The notes beneath the pieces are model-generated. The model did no database searches. It worked only from the letters and a program-made list of their open reading frames with translations, and had not been told where the DNA came from. DNA of 64,000 nt, taken from the NCBI GenBank assembly GCA_050951545.1, contig JBMNJG010000005.1, forward strand, positions 326,483 to 390,482, read 5' to 3'. How positions within the stretch are numbered: position 1 is the stretch's first letter; every line of letters begins with the position of its first letter. The position numbers were made by a program, and so were the translations under genes. Below are positions 28,887 through 40,149 of this stretch, piece by piece. The stretch is from Limnochordia bacterium (lineage in GTDB: Bacteria > Bacillota > Limnochordia > DTU080).

Positions 28887-31800
28887 TCACCGCGGGGGCT
28901 CCGCCCGAGCCAAGAGCTTGTCGAGATCATAGTTCACACTAGTCACATGGAAATCGGGTTCGCGCTGAAACGGATCTCGGACATAGTGCACCTGATGGGT
29001 GCCATCGTCGAAAAACTCGACAATAGCCAGAATGAAACTCTCGGGCTTATTCAGCGAGTAGAGGATCTCATTGCGCGTGACCGTGACCGTCGTTGCCCCG
29101 CTGATGCGACCTTTGACCTCAATGAAGCGCAAGCGCCCGGATCCGGGTACCCTACTCTCAATGTCATAGCCCAGCCTCTCAAATTCGCGATCCACTGGCT
29201 CAAAGCCCAGGCTACGCTCCACATCCATGACAATCGCCCGAGCGCGGGCAGCTGCCGCCTGGGTATCAACAGGGCTGGTAGGTCGGCGTCATCCTGCTCT
29301 GAACCCGCCATCTTCCTTAGTAGGCCTAGCGGCACAACCACCAGACCCACCCAACACCACCGGGGGCAGCGCAGAGATCTGGCTCTCGAGATCCAGCTGC
29401 TCCAGACGTTTGCGCAGACGTGCCTGCAACTGATCGGCACGCCGCCGCGCCTCACGTGAGTTGAGACGAGCGTTTACCTTGCCTGCCTGCTCCTCGAGCT
29501 TGAGCTTCTGAGCCTTACCATCCCAGTGCATGATTTCCTTGACCAGGCGTTCGTTCACCGCCGCCCGTGTCTTGGCTATCCAGTCGAGACGCTGGTCCCG
29601 CACTTCCTGCAAATGCTCGGGTACCACGTGGGTGATGGCATAATTCTGCGCCTCACGCTCCAGCGCTCGGCCGATCCAACTGCACTCTGCTCGAGCCAGA
29701 ATCTCCGCTGGTGTAGGCTCGTCCTCTCGCAGCGGACGGTAATCCAAATAGGGTGCATAATGCACATGGCGCACGGTTCCCGAGGTGTCGTGCTCCACAT
29801 ATAGCATGCGCCGAGAGATGGCCCGCCGCTCACCACTTGGTGTCTCACTCGCATCTTGAACGGTGTGCTCCAAATAGAACAGAACACGGGGCTCATCGCC
29901 GAGATCGCGCTCATCCACAAGCACGCTACCTCGCCGCAACAGGTCACGATGGCGTTCAAGGGTAAGGTCCAAGGTGGCCTCTAGCAGGGGATGGCCCGGA
30001 CACACAAAGGCGGCCGGAATCTGGCCTGGTGGCGCAATGAGCTCTTTCTCGAAGGCAATGCGCTCGTAGCGAGGCAGCACGAGCTCACCCACTCCGCCTA
30101 GTCGATCGCTGTTGCGCACCCGAGCAGGCACATGACTAACCTCATAGCGCCGCGGCTCGCGCTGGCGCAGAGTACCCCCCAAGCGCTTGAAGGCCTCGAT
30201 GAAAAACGACTCTATGTAGTGTGGCTGCAGGCGCCTCGCCTCTGCCCGCTCCATCTCTTCACGCACACGACGCACGCGGCTAGAGTCCATGGAATCTCGA
30301 GCCAGGGCGCGCTCCTCCAGCAACTCCTGTAACTGGCTGTGATCGACAGCCTCGGCCACCGTGCGCGTCAGGCGGGCTCGCACCTCCGACCGTTCACCGT
30401 AGCGCACCGCTTCAATCAGAAGGTCTCGCAACGGACGACCCTCAAATTGTAGCTTGCCTAGCACGTCAAAAACCTGGCCGCCGAGCGCCTTGCGCGCCTC
30501 TTCCAGCTTGTCAAGTAGGGTCCGGTACACGTCACCTTCGCGCGTCTCTTCGGCCACCAAGTTCCACAAGTGGCAGACCTCTGTCTGCCCGATGCGGTGA
30601 ATACGGCCAAACCGCTGCTCCAAGCGATTGGGGTTCCACGGCAGATCATAGTTGACCATCAGGTGCGCTCGCTGCAGATTGATCCCCTCACCGGCGGCAT
30701 CGGTAGCGACAAGCACCTGCACCTCCGGGTCATGCCGGAAGGCCTCCTGCACCTTCAGGCGTTCCTGACGTCCCAGGCCCCCGTGAATCACGACGACCGC
30801 TTCGCTGCGCCCCAATAGCGTAGTGATCCGCTCCTGCAGATAGTTCAGCGTATCCCGGTGCTCAGTAAAGATAATGAGTTTCTGACGCGGAGAGGCCTTC
30901 GGCCGAGGAGTGTCGTCACAGCCATAGGGTGGTGAGGATTCGGAGGCTGTCTCGGCAAGCCCAGCGGAGGTGAAGATCTCAGCCAGCAGGCTCGCCAGTT
31001 CACGCCATTTGCGGTCTTCTCCACTCATGCGTACCGACAGCGCAAGATCAGCCAAGTGTTGGAGTGTGCCAATCTCGGCTTTGAGCTCCCCGATGCTTCG
31101 TGCCGCGGTCGCTTGATCAAGGATCTCTTCTTCGACGACCTGTAGCTCATTCTCCGGCACATCCTCAAGGTCTTCCACATCCTCTTGATCAAGCATCGGG
31201 AGTCCGCTGGCGATGGCCACCGCTGCTTCTTGCTGCAGCAACTGCAACTCGCGCAGGCGCTTTTCGAGGCGCTCACGACGACGCCTGAGTGAACGATAGA
31301 TGGCTTCCGGTGACGAGGCCAGCCGCCGCTGAAGCATCGTCAGGGCAAAGCCTATCGTACCCGCTCGCTTCTCGTTCTGCAAAGCCTCTGCTCGATTGAA
31401 CTCCTCGCGGACGTAGTCTGTCACTTCTCTGTAGAGAGCAGCTTCCCCAGCTGAGAGCCTGTAGGGTACCGTGTAGGCCATGCGCTCAGGAAAAAGCGGC
31501 GTACCATCAAACTTGAGCAGTTGCTCCTTCACCATGCGACGCATCAGGTCCGAGACATCCACCACATGCACACCATCACGAAAGCGGCCCTCAAAACGAT
31601 CGACATCGAGCAGGGCCATGAATAGCTGGAAATCCTCTTCCTTTCCATTGTGTGGGGTCGCGGTCATGAGAAGGAAATGGCGCGTCAAAGTAGAGAGAAG
31701 CTGCCCAAGACGGTAGCGCTTCGTATAGCGAATCTCGCCACCGAAAAAGGAGGCCGAGAGCTTATGGGCCTCATCGCAGACTACTAGATCCCATCGGCAA

Positions 31801-32468
31801 TCTGGTGCTGAGAGCAGCGCTTGCACCTCGTCGTCGCGCGAGAGCTTATCCAGACGAGCAATGATCAGATCATTCTCCGCAAACCAATTGCCTGTGCGTG
31901 CCGAACGGAGCTTATCATTGGTCAGTATCTCAAAAGGAAGCTGGAAGCGACTGTAGAGCTCGTCCTGCCACTGCTCAGCAAGACTCCCGGGACAGACTAC
32001 GAGACAACGCTGCAGGTCTCCGCGGACAATGAGCTCTTTGATCAACAGACCAGCCATGATGGTCTTGCCAGCCCCAGGGTCATCGGCCAACAGGAAACGT
32101 AGCGGCTGTCGAGGCAGCATCGCCTCATAGACCGCTGTAATCTGATGAGGCAGCGGCTCCACCAAAGAAGTGTGCACGGCGAGCACAGGATCAAAGAGAT
32201 ACGCCAGGCGAATGCGATGCGCCTCGGAGACCAGGCGAAACAGATCGCCCTCCCCATCAAAGCTCCACGGCTGACCTTCCTCTTCTACCTCAATGCGCTC
32301 CTCGTCACTGCGAAAAAGCAGGACATTGCCCACTTTCCCGGCCGGGTCCTTATACGTGAGTTCAAGCGCACCTTCACCGTACCACTGGACCGCAGTTACG
32401 CTGACCAGGCAGTTGGGCAGTATGCCACGCACCGTTATGTTCGGCCGCAGATCCTCAAGTACGCTCAC
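28887..32468 (-). CDS. SNF2-family helicase fused to a DUF3883 PD-(D/E)XK nuclease, frameshifts near 29346 and 29275
   Basis: LLADDPGAGKT, DEAH, TATPH, GEGINLQ, QRFGRIHRIGQ; C-terminal GYDIES..FIEVKG; likely start GTG 32468. Confidence 0.88.
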
Positions 32469-32698
32469 AGCTAACTCACCGCCTGTTCCGCCAAAGGAAA
32501 AATCCTTCAGGGCGCAATCGCGTCCCAACTCCTCAGGCAAGATGGCCTTAAGCACCAGGCATTCGGTTTCCTTCTTATATCGCCCTTTATTGCCGATTAA
32601 CAGTGTCGCGCGGGACTGACGTCGACTTCTGCTGTCACTACGATCGCATGCTACACTGGTGATGGAACTCTTCGCACCTAGTGTCTATCTGAACCCAT

Positions 32699-32741
32699 AG
32701 CCCAGCAGTTTCGATGATTAGTCACATCGAACTGCTGGGCT
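32699..32741 (-). terminator. Terminator hairpin between the dipeptidase and the defence operon
   Basis: AGCCCAGCAGTT(T)CGATG/CATCGAACTGCTGGGCT stem. Confidence 0.65.
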
Positions 32742-32801
32742 TTCGTCGTCTAGCGGAACAGGACTTCGCTTGGATCGATGGACTAACCGTCGCTGATCTG
32801 C

Positions 32802-34052
32802 TTACGAGCAGTTCTCCGAGCCCGGTAACGCTGCTTTGACCACGCGCAGTACATTGCCCCCAAGGATTTTGCGGATATCGTCGTCCGAATGCCCCCGCTG
32901 CACCATACCCACAGTGAAGAGAGGCCAGTTGGTCCACACGAGCCCTTTGCCTTCCCGCTCCTTTATGCTGGGGTCGACAACCCGAGACGGGCCGTCAGGC
33001 CAGTATGCCTCCCAACGCGGGCGTTGTTTGGGCCTTGGTACCGGCGCGCTCTTTTTTTGGCCTTCACCAACAGGCGGCCCCGGCGACCGGTAAGCGATAT
33101 CCGTGCCGATAGCCACATGATCCGCTCCAAAGCGCTTCACAAGATAATCAATATGATCGAGGAAAGCGACGATGTCGCGAGTGCGTCCAAGGAACCTGGG
33201 AATGCAACAGACTCCGACATAGCCCCCGGTGTCGGCTATCGCCTTGATCACTTCGTCACTCTTGCAGCGGAAGTGATCGTTTAGAGCCAGAGCCGCCGAG
33301 TGGCTAGCCACCATCGGCCGTTCAGATAACTGCGCCGCCTCCAACGAGGTCTTCTGCCCGCTATGGGCCACATCAACGACGATACCCAACTGGTTCATCT
33401 CCTGGATGACGGCTCGCCCGAAATCGCTTAGTCCTGCATTGGAGGCCTCTGCACACCCATCACCGATCATGTTGCGGCGATTATATGTCAGGTGCATCAT
33501 GCGAATCCCCAGTTGATAGAAGATCTTGAGCAACCCCAACTCTTCTTCGAGCGATGTCCACCTCTGAGGAAGTGGAACACCATTCGACGACATATAGAAA
33601 CAGTGCTTGCCCTCTTCTTTGGCCCGCACTATGTCATCGGGATGGGTCGCCCGCAGCATCACGTCACGCATGGAATCCGCCACATACGTAAACCGAGCCA
33701 AGCGTTTCATGATCCTTACGGGGTCCTGGTACTCCTCCCCCGCGTTCTGCAAGATGCAAGTGACGCCGGACACTTTCCATGCCTCAATGAATCTCGCCCG
33801 TTCGTGAGCGTCGATTACGTGGCGAGTCATCGACATATCTTCGGAAAGATCCTGCACCTCAATGGGCGAAGCCCCTTCCTCCAGTGCCCTATTAATCGCC
33901 TCTGTATCAACGGCGGAGCGGGGAGCAAATCCATACGACTCACAGACTAGGGCATCCGCATGAAGCTGCAAACCATGCTCCAATTCCTTGGCCGCCGGTT
34001 GAAGAATGGCGAGGGCTTCCTCACGGGCCCGCTCGGTACGTGGGTCGGTCAT
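32802..34052 (-). CDS. M19 membrane (renal) dipeptidase family protein
   Basis: LGIRMMHLTYN, GLSDFG, VDVAHS, VASHS, IGTD and KILGGN. Confidence 0.88.
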   Translation of the reverse strand: MTDPRTERAREEALAILQPAAKELEHGLQLHADALVCESYGFAPRSAVDTEAINRALEEGASPIEVQDLSEDMSMTRHVIDAHERARFIEAWKVSGVTCILQNAGEEYQDPVRIMKRLARFTYVADSMRDVMLRATHPDDIVRAKEEGKHCFYMSSNGVPLPQRWTSLEEELGLLKIFYQLGIRMMHLTYNRRNMIGDGCAEASNAGLSDFGRAVIQEMNQLGIVVDVAHSGQKTSLEAAQLSERPMVASHSAALALNDHFRCKSDEVIKAIADTGGYVGVCCIPRFLGRTRDIVAFLDHIDYLVKRFGADHVAIGTDIAYRSPGPPVGEGQKKSAPVPRPKQRPRWEAYWPDGPSRVVDPSIKEREGKGLVWTNWPLFTVGMVQRGHSDDDIRKILGGNVLRVVKAALPGSENCS

Positions 34053-34078
34053 TATCTGAGTAACCTCCCTCCCAAAAA

Positions 34079-35323
34079 TCACTGCTGAAGCATGCTGTCA
34101 ACAACACGGTCAAGCGTCTCTAGCACAGATTCGGGTGCAGCGGTCCCTGCCCACACTGTCGCCATCATCCGGTTGATCACCCGTTCCACTTCTGGGTCAG
34201 CGATCATGTACGGGCTGCGCGCATCGGGTGAGGTAGCCGTATCTATGAAGGCCATCCAGTTTTCAGGTAGCTTGATATTGATGGGAAGACGGCCATAGCG
34301 AACCAATACTGGTAGATAGGCGGGGGGTCTGCCCGTGTACTTGACAAGAGCGGTTTGGCTATGCTGGTCGGCCGTTAGGAAACGAATCCATTGCCAGGCG
34401 GCTTCCTTGTGCCTGCTATCCGCCATAATCTGAAAGCCATTTGCGTTGACACTAGAGGCCCGGTTCTTTGGCCCCGCTGCTTTGACGGCCACATCCCACT
34501 CAAACATCGCCGACTGGTAGTTTGGAATGTTCCCGGGGACTGCAAACGTCATCGCCGACGCACCATTCCACGTCCCACCCCCACCCAACAACCCCTCTTG
34601 CGAAAAGAGCAGGCGAAAACGCGTAGCCTCCAACACGGGTGGTGTGTTGATGCGACTTCTGGTCGGAAGTAGATCCCGATCGAAGAGGTTTCCACCGGCC
34701 TGCCGAATCATCGTCTGCCAGCGAATGGCGGGGATCTGAGACACGCCATACTGATCGGGCCTACCGTCCCCATCACGGTCGATGGTCAGCCGACGAGCTG
34801 AGCCGAGCAGCCTCTCCCACGTCCAGCCTTCCCCCAGCTCGCTGGGGTTGGCGAGACCCGCCTCACGAAACATGTCCGCATTGAAGTATGTAACAGCTGT
34901 GCTTAACTCAGCGGGCATACGCCAGAGCCTGCCGTCCGCAGTCGTATTACCTTGTAGCGCCACAGGCGGCCATCTTGTGGGGTCGAGTTTGTCTCGGTCA
35001 AAATAGGGCCGCAGGTCCTCCACGAGCCTCTTCTGCACAAAGGGTCCCGCGGTGGAGATGATCAAGTCCGTCACATCGGGTGCCACTCCCGCAGCAATAG
35101 CCGCCAATAGGGCATCTCCATATGAACCAGCTGTTTGCACAACCTCGACTTCGATCCCTGTTTTGCCTTCAAAAACCACCGCCATTTCCTGTAGCCACGC
35201 TAACCAATTCGCACCATGCCCCGCGGTGGACTGATGCAGGATCTTTTGCCCGTATGTAGGGGCCGCCCCTCCCATCAACACCACGAGAACGATCACGGCA
35301 CTCCACAATACTCTCTCTTTCAT
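34079..35323 (-). CDS. ABC transporter sugar-binding protein
   Basis: Signal peptide, AAGVAPDV, YFNADMFREAGL, WTWE, DRDGDGRPDQYG. Confidence 0.88.
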   Translation of the reverse strand: MKERVLWSAVIVLVVLMGGAAPTYGQKILHQSTAGHGANWLAWLQEMAVVFEGKTGIEVEVVQTAGSYGDALLAAIAAGVAPDVTDLIISTAGPFVQKRLVEDLRPYFDRDKLDPTRWPPVALQGNTTADGRLWRMPAELSTAVTYFNADMFREAGLANPSELGEGWTWERLLGSARRLTIDRDGDGRPDQYGVSQIPAIRWQTMIRQAGGNLFDRDLLPTRSRINTPPVLEATRFRLLFSQEGLLGGGGTWNGASAMTFAVPGNIPNYQSAMFEWDVAVKAAGPKNRASSVNANGFQIMADSRHKEAAWQWIRFLTADQHSQTALVKYTGRPPAYLPVLVRYGRLPINIKLPENWMAFIDTATSPDARSPYMIADPEVERVINRMMATVWAGTAAPESVLETLDRVVDSMLQQ

Positions 35324-35495
35324 CAAAACCTCGCACTCCTCCTATGAGAATGTTGATAGTCTGTTTCCATGCCGTTAGCGGATTATCCTTTGTAAGAGCA
35401 AGAAACGAAGCGCGCCCGCGTTGCAGCCCGGGATTGGTATCGACGCGATCTATAGAAACATGCAACCGATCCAATGGCCATCAAGATGAACCGAA

Positions 35496-35526
35496 AGAGC
35501 CCGCGGTATGCATCCCCACGGGCTCT
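35496..35526 (-). terminator. Terminator-like hairpin
   Basis: AGAGCCCG/CGGGCTCT stem with a short T-tract on the minus strand. Confidence 0.5.
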
Positions 35527-35577
35527 GTTCCCGTACCACGATTAGGCCATCGCGCGTCTAGCCGACATAGGGTGTCC

Positions 35578-36849
35578 TCACTGCAACAGCCCAGGCAGTA
35601 CCTCGTGAATCTGCTGCAGCCCTACAGCCGGTGCCAACTGCCCATTCCATATCCGGTTCATAATGGGGTTTACCACGGCGTCAATCTGGGTGGCGTTGGG
35701 CACCACATAGGCTGCGTAACCGTCTGGGTCGAATGCAGTGTCAATTAAGGCTGACCAGTTGCTGGGCATATTAATCCCGCTCATCCTCGTGTAACGGACC
35801 ATAGCCTCCCTCAGCGAGGGCATGCGCCCGCTGATGCGTGCCAGCTCCAGTTGGTTGTCAGCGTTGCCCGTTAGGTAGCGGACCCACTGCCAAGCAGCAT
35901 CCTTGTCGAGGCTATGGGCGATCACCTGAAAACCGTCTGGATTGACTCGGGCTGCTCGATTGGCTGGTCCTTTGGGTTGTCCAGCAATGTCCCAGTCGAA
36001 ACCGACATTCCGAAACGAGCTGATCGCGCCAGGACCATCAACCACAGTGAATCCGGCTGTGCCGCGGAAAACGTCATAGGTTGTTCCGCTAGTGACGGCG
36101 ACATTGTCCGCGTGGAGACTGCGTATGAATTCTACGGCACGCAGCACTTCAGGGCTGTTGAACCTGCTTTTTGTGGGGTATATCACTCTGTCGTAGAGCT
36201 GGCCGCCTGCCTGGTGAACTTGCATCTCCCAACGGTTTACGATGCGTGAGGTACCATATGTTTCATAGACACCGTCTCCGTCTTTGTCGCGAGTCAGCCT
36301 TTTGGCACTTGAGATAAGAGTCTCCCAGGTCCACTGTTCGCCAAGCTCGCGAGGGTTGAGCAGTCCGCTTTCGCCAAAAAGATCGGCATTGAAAAACGTG
36401 ACTACTGGATAGACGCTACCGGGAATACCCCACAGTTTCCCATCGGGTGTAGTGACCCCCTCCACCGCCACCGGCGGCATTTGATCAAGAGGGAAATTGT
36501 CCCTTTTCACGTAGGGTGTCAGATCCTCGAATATGCCTTGAGCAATGAGAGGTGCGCCAAGCATAGGATGGGTATCTGTAACATCGGGCGCCGTGCCAGT
36601 CGCTACCATGATGAGTAGCTTGGAGCGGTACTCGCTCGCTGGTCTTGGTGACACGATGAACTCCACTGAGACCCCTGTCGAAACCTGGAAACGCTGAGCC
36701 ATGAGATCAAGGAACTCCCGCCAGAAATCTCCATGCGCCTCGTAAGTGTAATGCGTAAGCTGTACACTAGCGGTTACCCCGGGGATTGCAGCGAGGGAAC
36801 ACTGCACAAGAAGCAGAAAAGCAAGCGCGGTACATGCCCGTCTATACAT
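35578..36849 (-). CDS. ABC transporter sugar-binding protein
   Basis: Signal peptide, TGTAPDV, FFNADLF, WTWE, DKDGDG; tandem paralog of the next gene. Confidence 0.88.
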   Translation of the reverse strand: MYRRACTALAFLLLVQCSLAAIPGVTASVQLTHYTYEAHGDFWREFLDLMAQRFQVSTGVSVEFIVSPRPASEYRSKLLIMVATGTAPDVTDTHPMLGAPLIAQGIFEDLTPYVKRDNFPLDQMPPVAVEGVTTPDGKLWGIPGSVYPVVTFFNADLFGESGLLNPRELGEQWTWETLISSAKRLTRDKDGDGVYETYGTSRIVNRWEMQVHQAGGQLYDRVIYPTKSRFNSPEVLRAVEFIRSLHADNVAVTSGTTYDVFRGTAGFTVVDGPGAISSFRNVGFDWDIAGQPKGPANRAARVNPDGFQVIAHSLDKDAAWQWVRYLTGNADNQLELARISGRMPSLREAMVRYTRMSGINMPSNWSALIDTAFDPDGYAAYVVPNATQIDAVVNPIMNRIWNGQLAPAVGLQQIHEVLPGLLQ

Positions 36850-36959
36850 AACACAACCACCTCACATTTGTGTATTAGGCGGCCGCCCATGGCGCACGGT
36901 CCTTTAGAGAGATCACTCACTCGACAACGAACGTCCATAGGGCTGAGAGACGCGGGGCC

Positions 36960-38228
36960 TCACTGCAACAGCCCAGGCAGTACCTCGTGAATCTGCTGTA
37001 GCCCTACAGCTGGTGCCAACTGCCCATTCCATATGCGGTTCATAATGGGGTTTACCACGGCGTCAATCTGGGTGGCGTTGGGCACGATATAAGCAGCGTA
37101 GCCAGTTGGATCAAATGCGGTATCGATTAGGGCCTCCCAGTTGCTGGGTAATTCGATACCACCGATCTTGGGGTAACGGACCATAGCCTCCCTCAAGGAA
37201 GGCATGCGTCCGGTGATGCGTGCCAGTTCCAGTTGGTTGTCGGCGCTCGTTAAGAAGCGGACCCACTGCCAGGCGGCATCCTTTTGATGGCTAACGGCGA
37301 CTATCTGAAAACCGTCCGGATTGACTCGGGCCGCCCGACTCGCTGGCCCCTTCGGTTGCCAAGCAATGTCCCATCGGAATGGAACATTCTGGTACGAACT
37401 AACGGTTCCCGGGCCATCAACCACGGCGAATCCCGCTGTACCTCGAAAGACATTGTAGGTCGTATGGTTGTTAGTGGCGATGCCGTCCGTGTAGAGCCCT
37501 GCTATGAACTCCACGGCACGCAAGACCGCAGGGCTGTTGAACTGGCTTTTCGTAGGATAGGCCACTCTATCGTAGAGCTGTCCGCCCGCCTGATGAACCT
37601 GCATTTCCCAACGATACGAGATGCGTGAGGTGCCATAGGTCTCATTGACACCGTCCCCGTCCTTGTCGCGAGTCAGCCTTTTCGCACTTGAGATCAGAGT
37701 CTCCCATGTCCACTGCTCCCCAAGCTCCCGGGGGTTAAGCAGTCCGGTCTCTGCGAAAAGATCGGTGTTGAAAAACGTGACCACGGGGTAGACACTGCAG
37801 GGAATGCCCCACAGCTTACGGTCGGGTGTGGTGACCCCCTCAACGGCTACCGGAGGAATACGCTCTAGAGGGAAGTTGTCTCTTTTCACGTACGGTGTCA
37901 GGTCTTCGAAGATATCGCGGCCTATGAGCGGGCCTGCGAGCCCAGGAGAAGCGTCTAGGATGTCTGGAGCTGTGCCTCCCGCCACCATGGTGAGGAACTT
38001 GGAGTGGTAATCGGCAGTCGCGTTCGACGAGATGATGAAATCCACCGCGATGCCCGTCGATGCTTCAAAGCGTTTCGCCATAACGTCAAGATACTCATGC
38101 CACTTTTCTCCATGTGAGCCGTAAGTATAATGCGTCAGCTCTATACCAGCGGCTGCGCCGGCGACTGTAATGAGAAAACACTGCACAAGAAGCAGAAAAC
38201 TGAGCGCGATGCATGCCCGTCTACACAT
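36960..38228 (-). CDS. ABC transporter sugar-binding protein
   Basis: Start moved to MCRRACIAL by alignment with MYRRACTAL of the paralog; identical C-terminal stretch (VPNATQIDAV..EVLPGLLQ). Confidence 0.88.
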   Translation of the reverse strand: MCRRACIALSFLLLVQCFLITVAGAAAGIELTHYTYGSHGEKWHEYLDVMAKRFEASTGIAVDFIISSNATADYHSKFLTMVAGGTAPDILDASPGLAGPLIGRDIFEDLTPYVKRDNFPLERIPPVAVEGVTTPDRKLWGIPCSVYPVVTFFNTDLFAETGLLNPRELGEQWTWETLISSAKRLTRDKDGDGVNETYGTSRISYRWEMQVHQAGGQLYDRVAYPTKSQFNSPAVLRAVEFIAGLYTDGIATNNHTTYNVFRGTAGFAVVDGPGTVSSYQNVPFRWDIAWQPKGPASRAARVNPDGFQIVAVSHQKDAAWQWVRFLTSADNQLELARITGRMPSLREAMVRYPKIGGIELPSNWEALIDTAFDPTGYAAYIVPNATQIDAVVNPIMNRIWNGQLAPAVGLQQIHEVLPGLLQ

Positions 38229-38876
38229 AACACAATCACCCCATATATATGGATTTCTCGGCCCTGCGCACGATCCGACATCTCGAACACGAGATCCTCT
38301 TGGTGGCCTTACCGCACCACTCTGCTCTAGTGAATCTATCCCTCCCACTCACTTATGAAGTTTCTTATCGCCTGGTCCATGTGTTCCAGGGCGTGTCCAG
38401 GAGAGGCGGCACTGGTCAACAAACTCCCCCTCCACAAACTTCGGGGTGTGTTCACCCCCATAGGACCCAGTGTTGCGATCAGGGCCTGTTACCTATAGAT
38501 GCTCGGACGCCATATCTGTACTATCTTAACTTGCTTCTTGCGAAATACAGTTCATGGTAGCTCACATATTTCCTGCATGAGTATTTCGTGCACTATGCCA
38601 TCCCTCACTGAAATATGAGGAGGCTTTCAGCAAGCTAGAGAATAGGGGGTTCGGCACATGAGGCGGTCTTGCACACCTACTTGCCAGGCTACGGCGTGGT
38701 GTTTGCCTTCAGCACGCTGAAGGATCTAGCGGTAGTTCAGCGAGAGGTCGAAAAAGCACTGGCTTTCATCAAACCGCTAGCACCAGCGCCGATCCCAAAA
38801 CGTCGGATATCTACTTCAACAGAATGGGGCAGTAGCCACGCTTTCTCTGCCAAGTCAAGGAGCACAGGTGTCACAC

Positions 38877-39593
38877 CTATGCTCCAGAAGCCAACACCTC
38901 TAAGAGCCGATCAGGAAAGTTGATGGTCGTCCCATCGACCCCGAGGTTGACAACCTTGTGCATGAGCTCCTCCGTGGGCACGCCCCACGTGCGAACGGCC
39001 AAACCATGGGCTCGGATCATCTCCACATCAGCCTTTGTCAGCGAAGAGGCATTGGGACAGGCCTGCCGGAAACCTGCAGCAACCAGCGCTCGCGCCAGGG
39101 CTACATTGGTTCGTCCGTACAGCAGACCAACCCGAGCCTGCGGCTCCAACGATAGCACAACACAGCAAGACTCGAAAGAGAATGACGTGAAGGTCACCTG
39201 CTCCAGCAATCCGCGTGAACACACCGCTTCGAGTATTGCCTCCTCGATGCCCCCGGCTTTCATCTCCAAGGCCAGATGAACTTGCTTTCCATATCGGTCC
39301 AAGAAAGCGTCTAACCTGGGCACCCGCTCTCCCGCGAAGCGTGGGTCAAACCAGCTACCCGCATCGAGCGCACTCAGTTCCGCATAGGTGAGGCTTTTTA
39401 CAGTCCCCTGGCCATTCGTCGTCCGTTCCACTCGCCCATCGTGGAATAACACCAGTACCCCATCCCGAGTAGCCTGTACGTCTGTCTCAAATGCTGGCGC
39501 CTCCATCTCCAGGGCAAGATCAAACGCAGCAAACGTGTTCTCCGGGGCATAGGCCGAAGCCCCTCTATGGGCAATCACTTGCATGTGAGCCAC
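38877..39593 (-). CDS. Glycerophosphodiester phosphodiesterase
   Basis: IAHRGAS..PENT, ETDV, LFHD..RTT, LEMK. Confidence 0.92.
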   Translation of the reverse strand: MAHMQVIAHRGASAYAPENTFAAFDLALEMEAPAFETDVQATRDGVLVLFHDGRVERTTNGQGTVKSLTYAELSALDAGSWFDPRFAGERVPRLDAFLDRYGKQVHLALEMKAGGIEEAILEAVCSRGLLEQVTFTSFSFESCCVVLSLEPQARVGLLYGRTNVALARALVAAGFRQACPNASSLTKADVEMIRAHGLAVRTWGVPTEELMHKVVNLGVDGTTINFPDRLLEVLASGA

Positions 39594-40149
39594 CTGCTTT
39601 CCTGATTACTCGCTGGGGTTAATCACGTGCCATGACAGACATTTCGCTACCCGCATTGATTGTGCCTGTATGAGGTTTTTCTACGTCAGCTAATCCCCCT
39701 CTAGTCGGGACCACGCCCAAGACACGGTAATCGGCTTACGTCGGTTGCGTTGGCGGCAAAAGCCTAGCGATGCGGTCTTCGCGGAGCCCTTTTTACGGAT
39801 TTGGACTGCGCGAAGGGCTCTTTTCCCCGCCAAAGAGTACACTTTCCCGCCTTGGTGGCCCTTCTGGAGCTACTAGGCAGTACATAACCGAACGGCGCCG
39901 ATACCTTTTTCCCACTCAGTCGATTGGATCAGCTCCCCAGTGCGCGATCACAGCGGGTTCGCATAGATGAGCGCGGCTGTAGAACCGCTAGTCAATCTGA
40001 GAAAACGCAGGACGGGTAATCACCCTAGGTCGCCTTGTCCACTTCATCGGGGCTGGCCTCAGTCACGTTGTGGCCATCCACTACTTTGTGCTAGCATGTG
40101 GGTAAGGTGACAGACCATGCACGATTCGTTCACAAACGGAGATGAAACG

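Noticed and set aside
29289-29291. In-frame TGA between helicase and DUF3883 as readthrough or selenocysteine
   Set aside because: The plausible linker (GGLVVVPLGLLRKM) is in another frame, so two compensating indels explain it better.
28554-29459. 301-aa + strand ORF and other long antisense ORFs
   Set aside because: Shadow frames of well-supported opposite-strand genes in GC-rich DNA.
38669-38923. 84-aa + strand ORF after an AGGA-N18-GAAT box
   Set aside because: TTG start with weak SD, no recognisable motif, and it overlaps the phosphodiesterase 3' end; possibly a relic.
39690-39713. tRNA-3'-end-like AATCCCCCTCTAGTCGGGACCA as an att site
   Set aside because: No TTC T-loop, wrong acceptor spacing, and no integrase nearby.
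39744-39790. c-di-GMP-I riboswitch-like GGCAAA..GCGA
   Set aside because: The stem pairs poorly and the GACGCAAAG element is missing.
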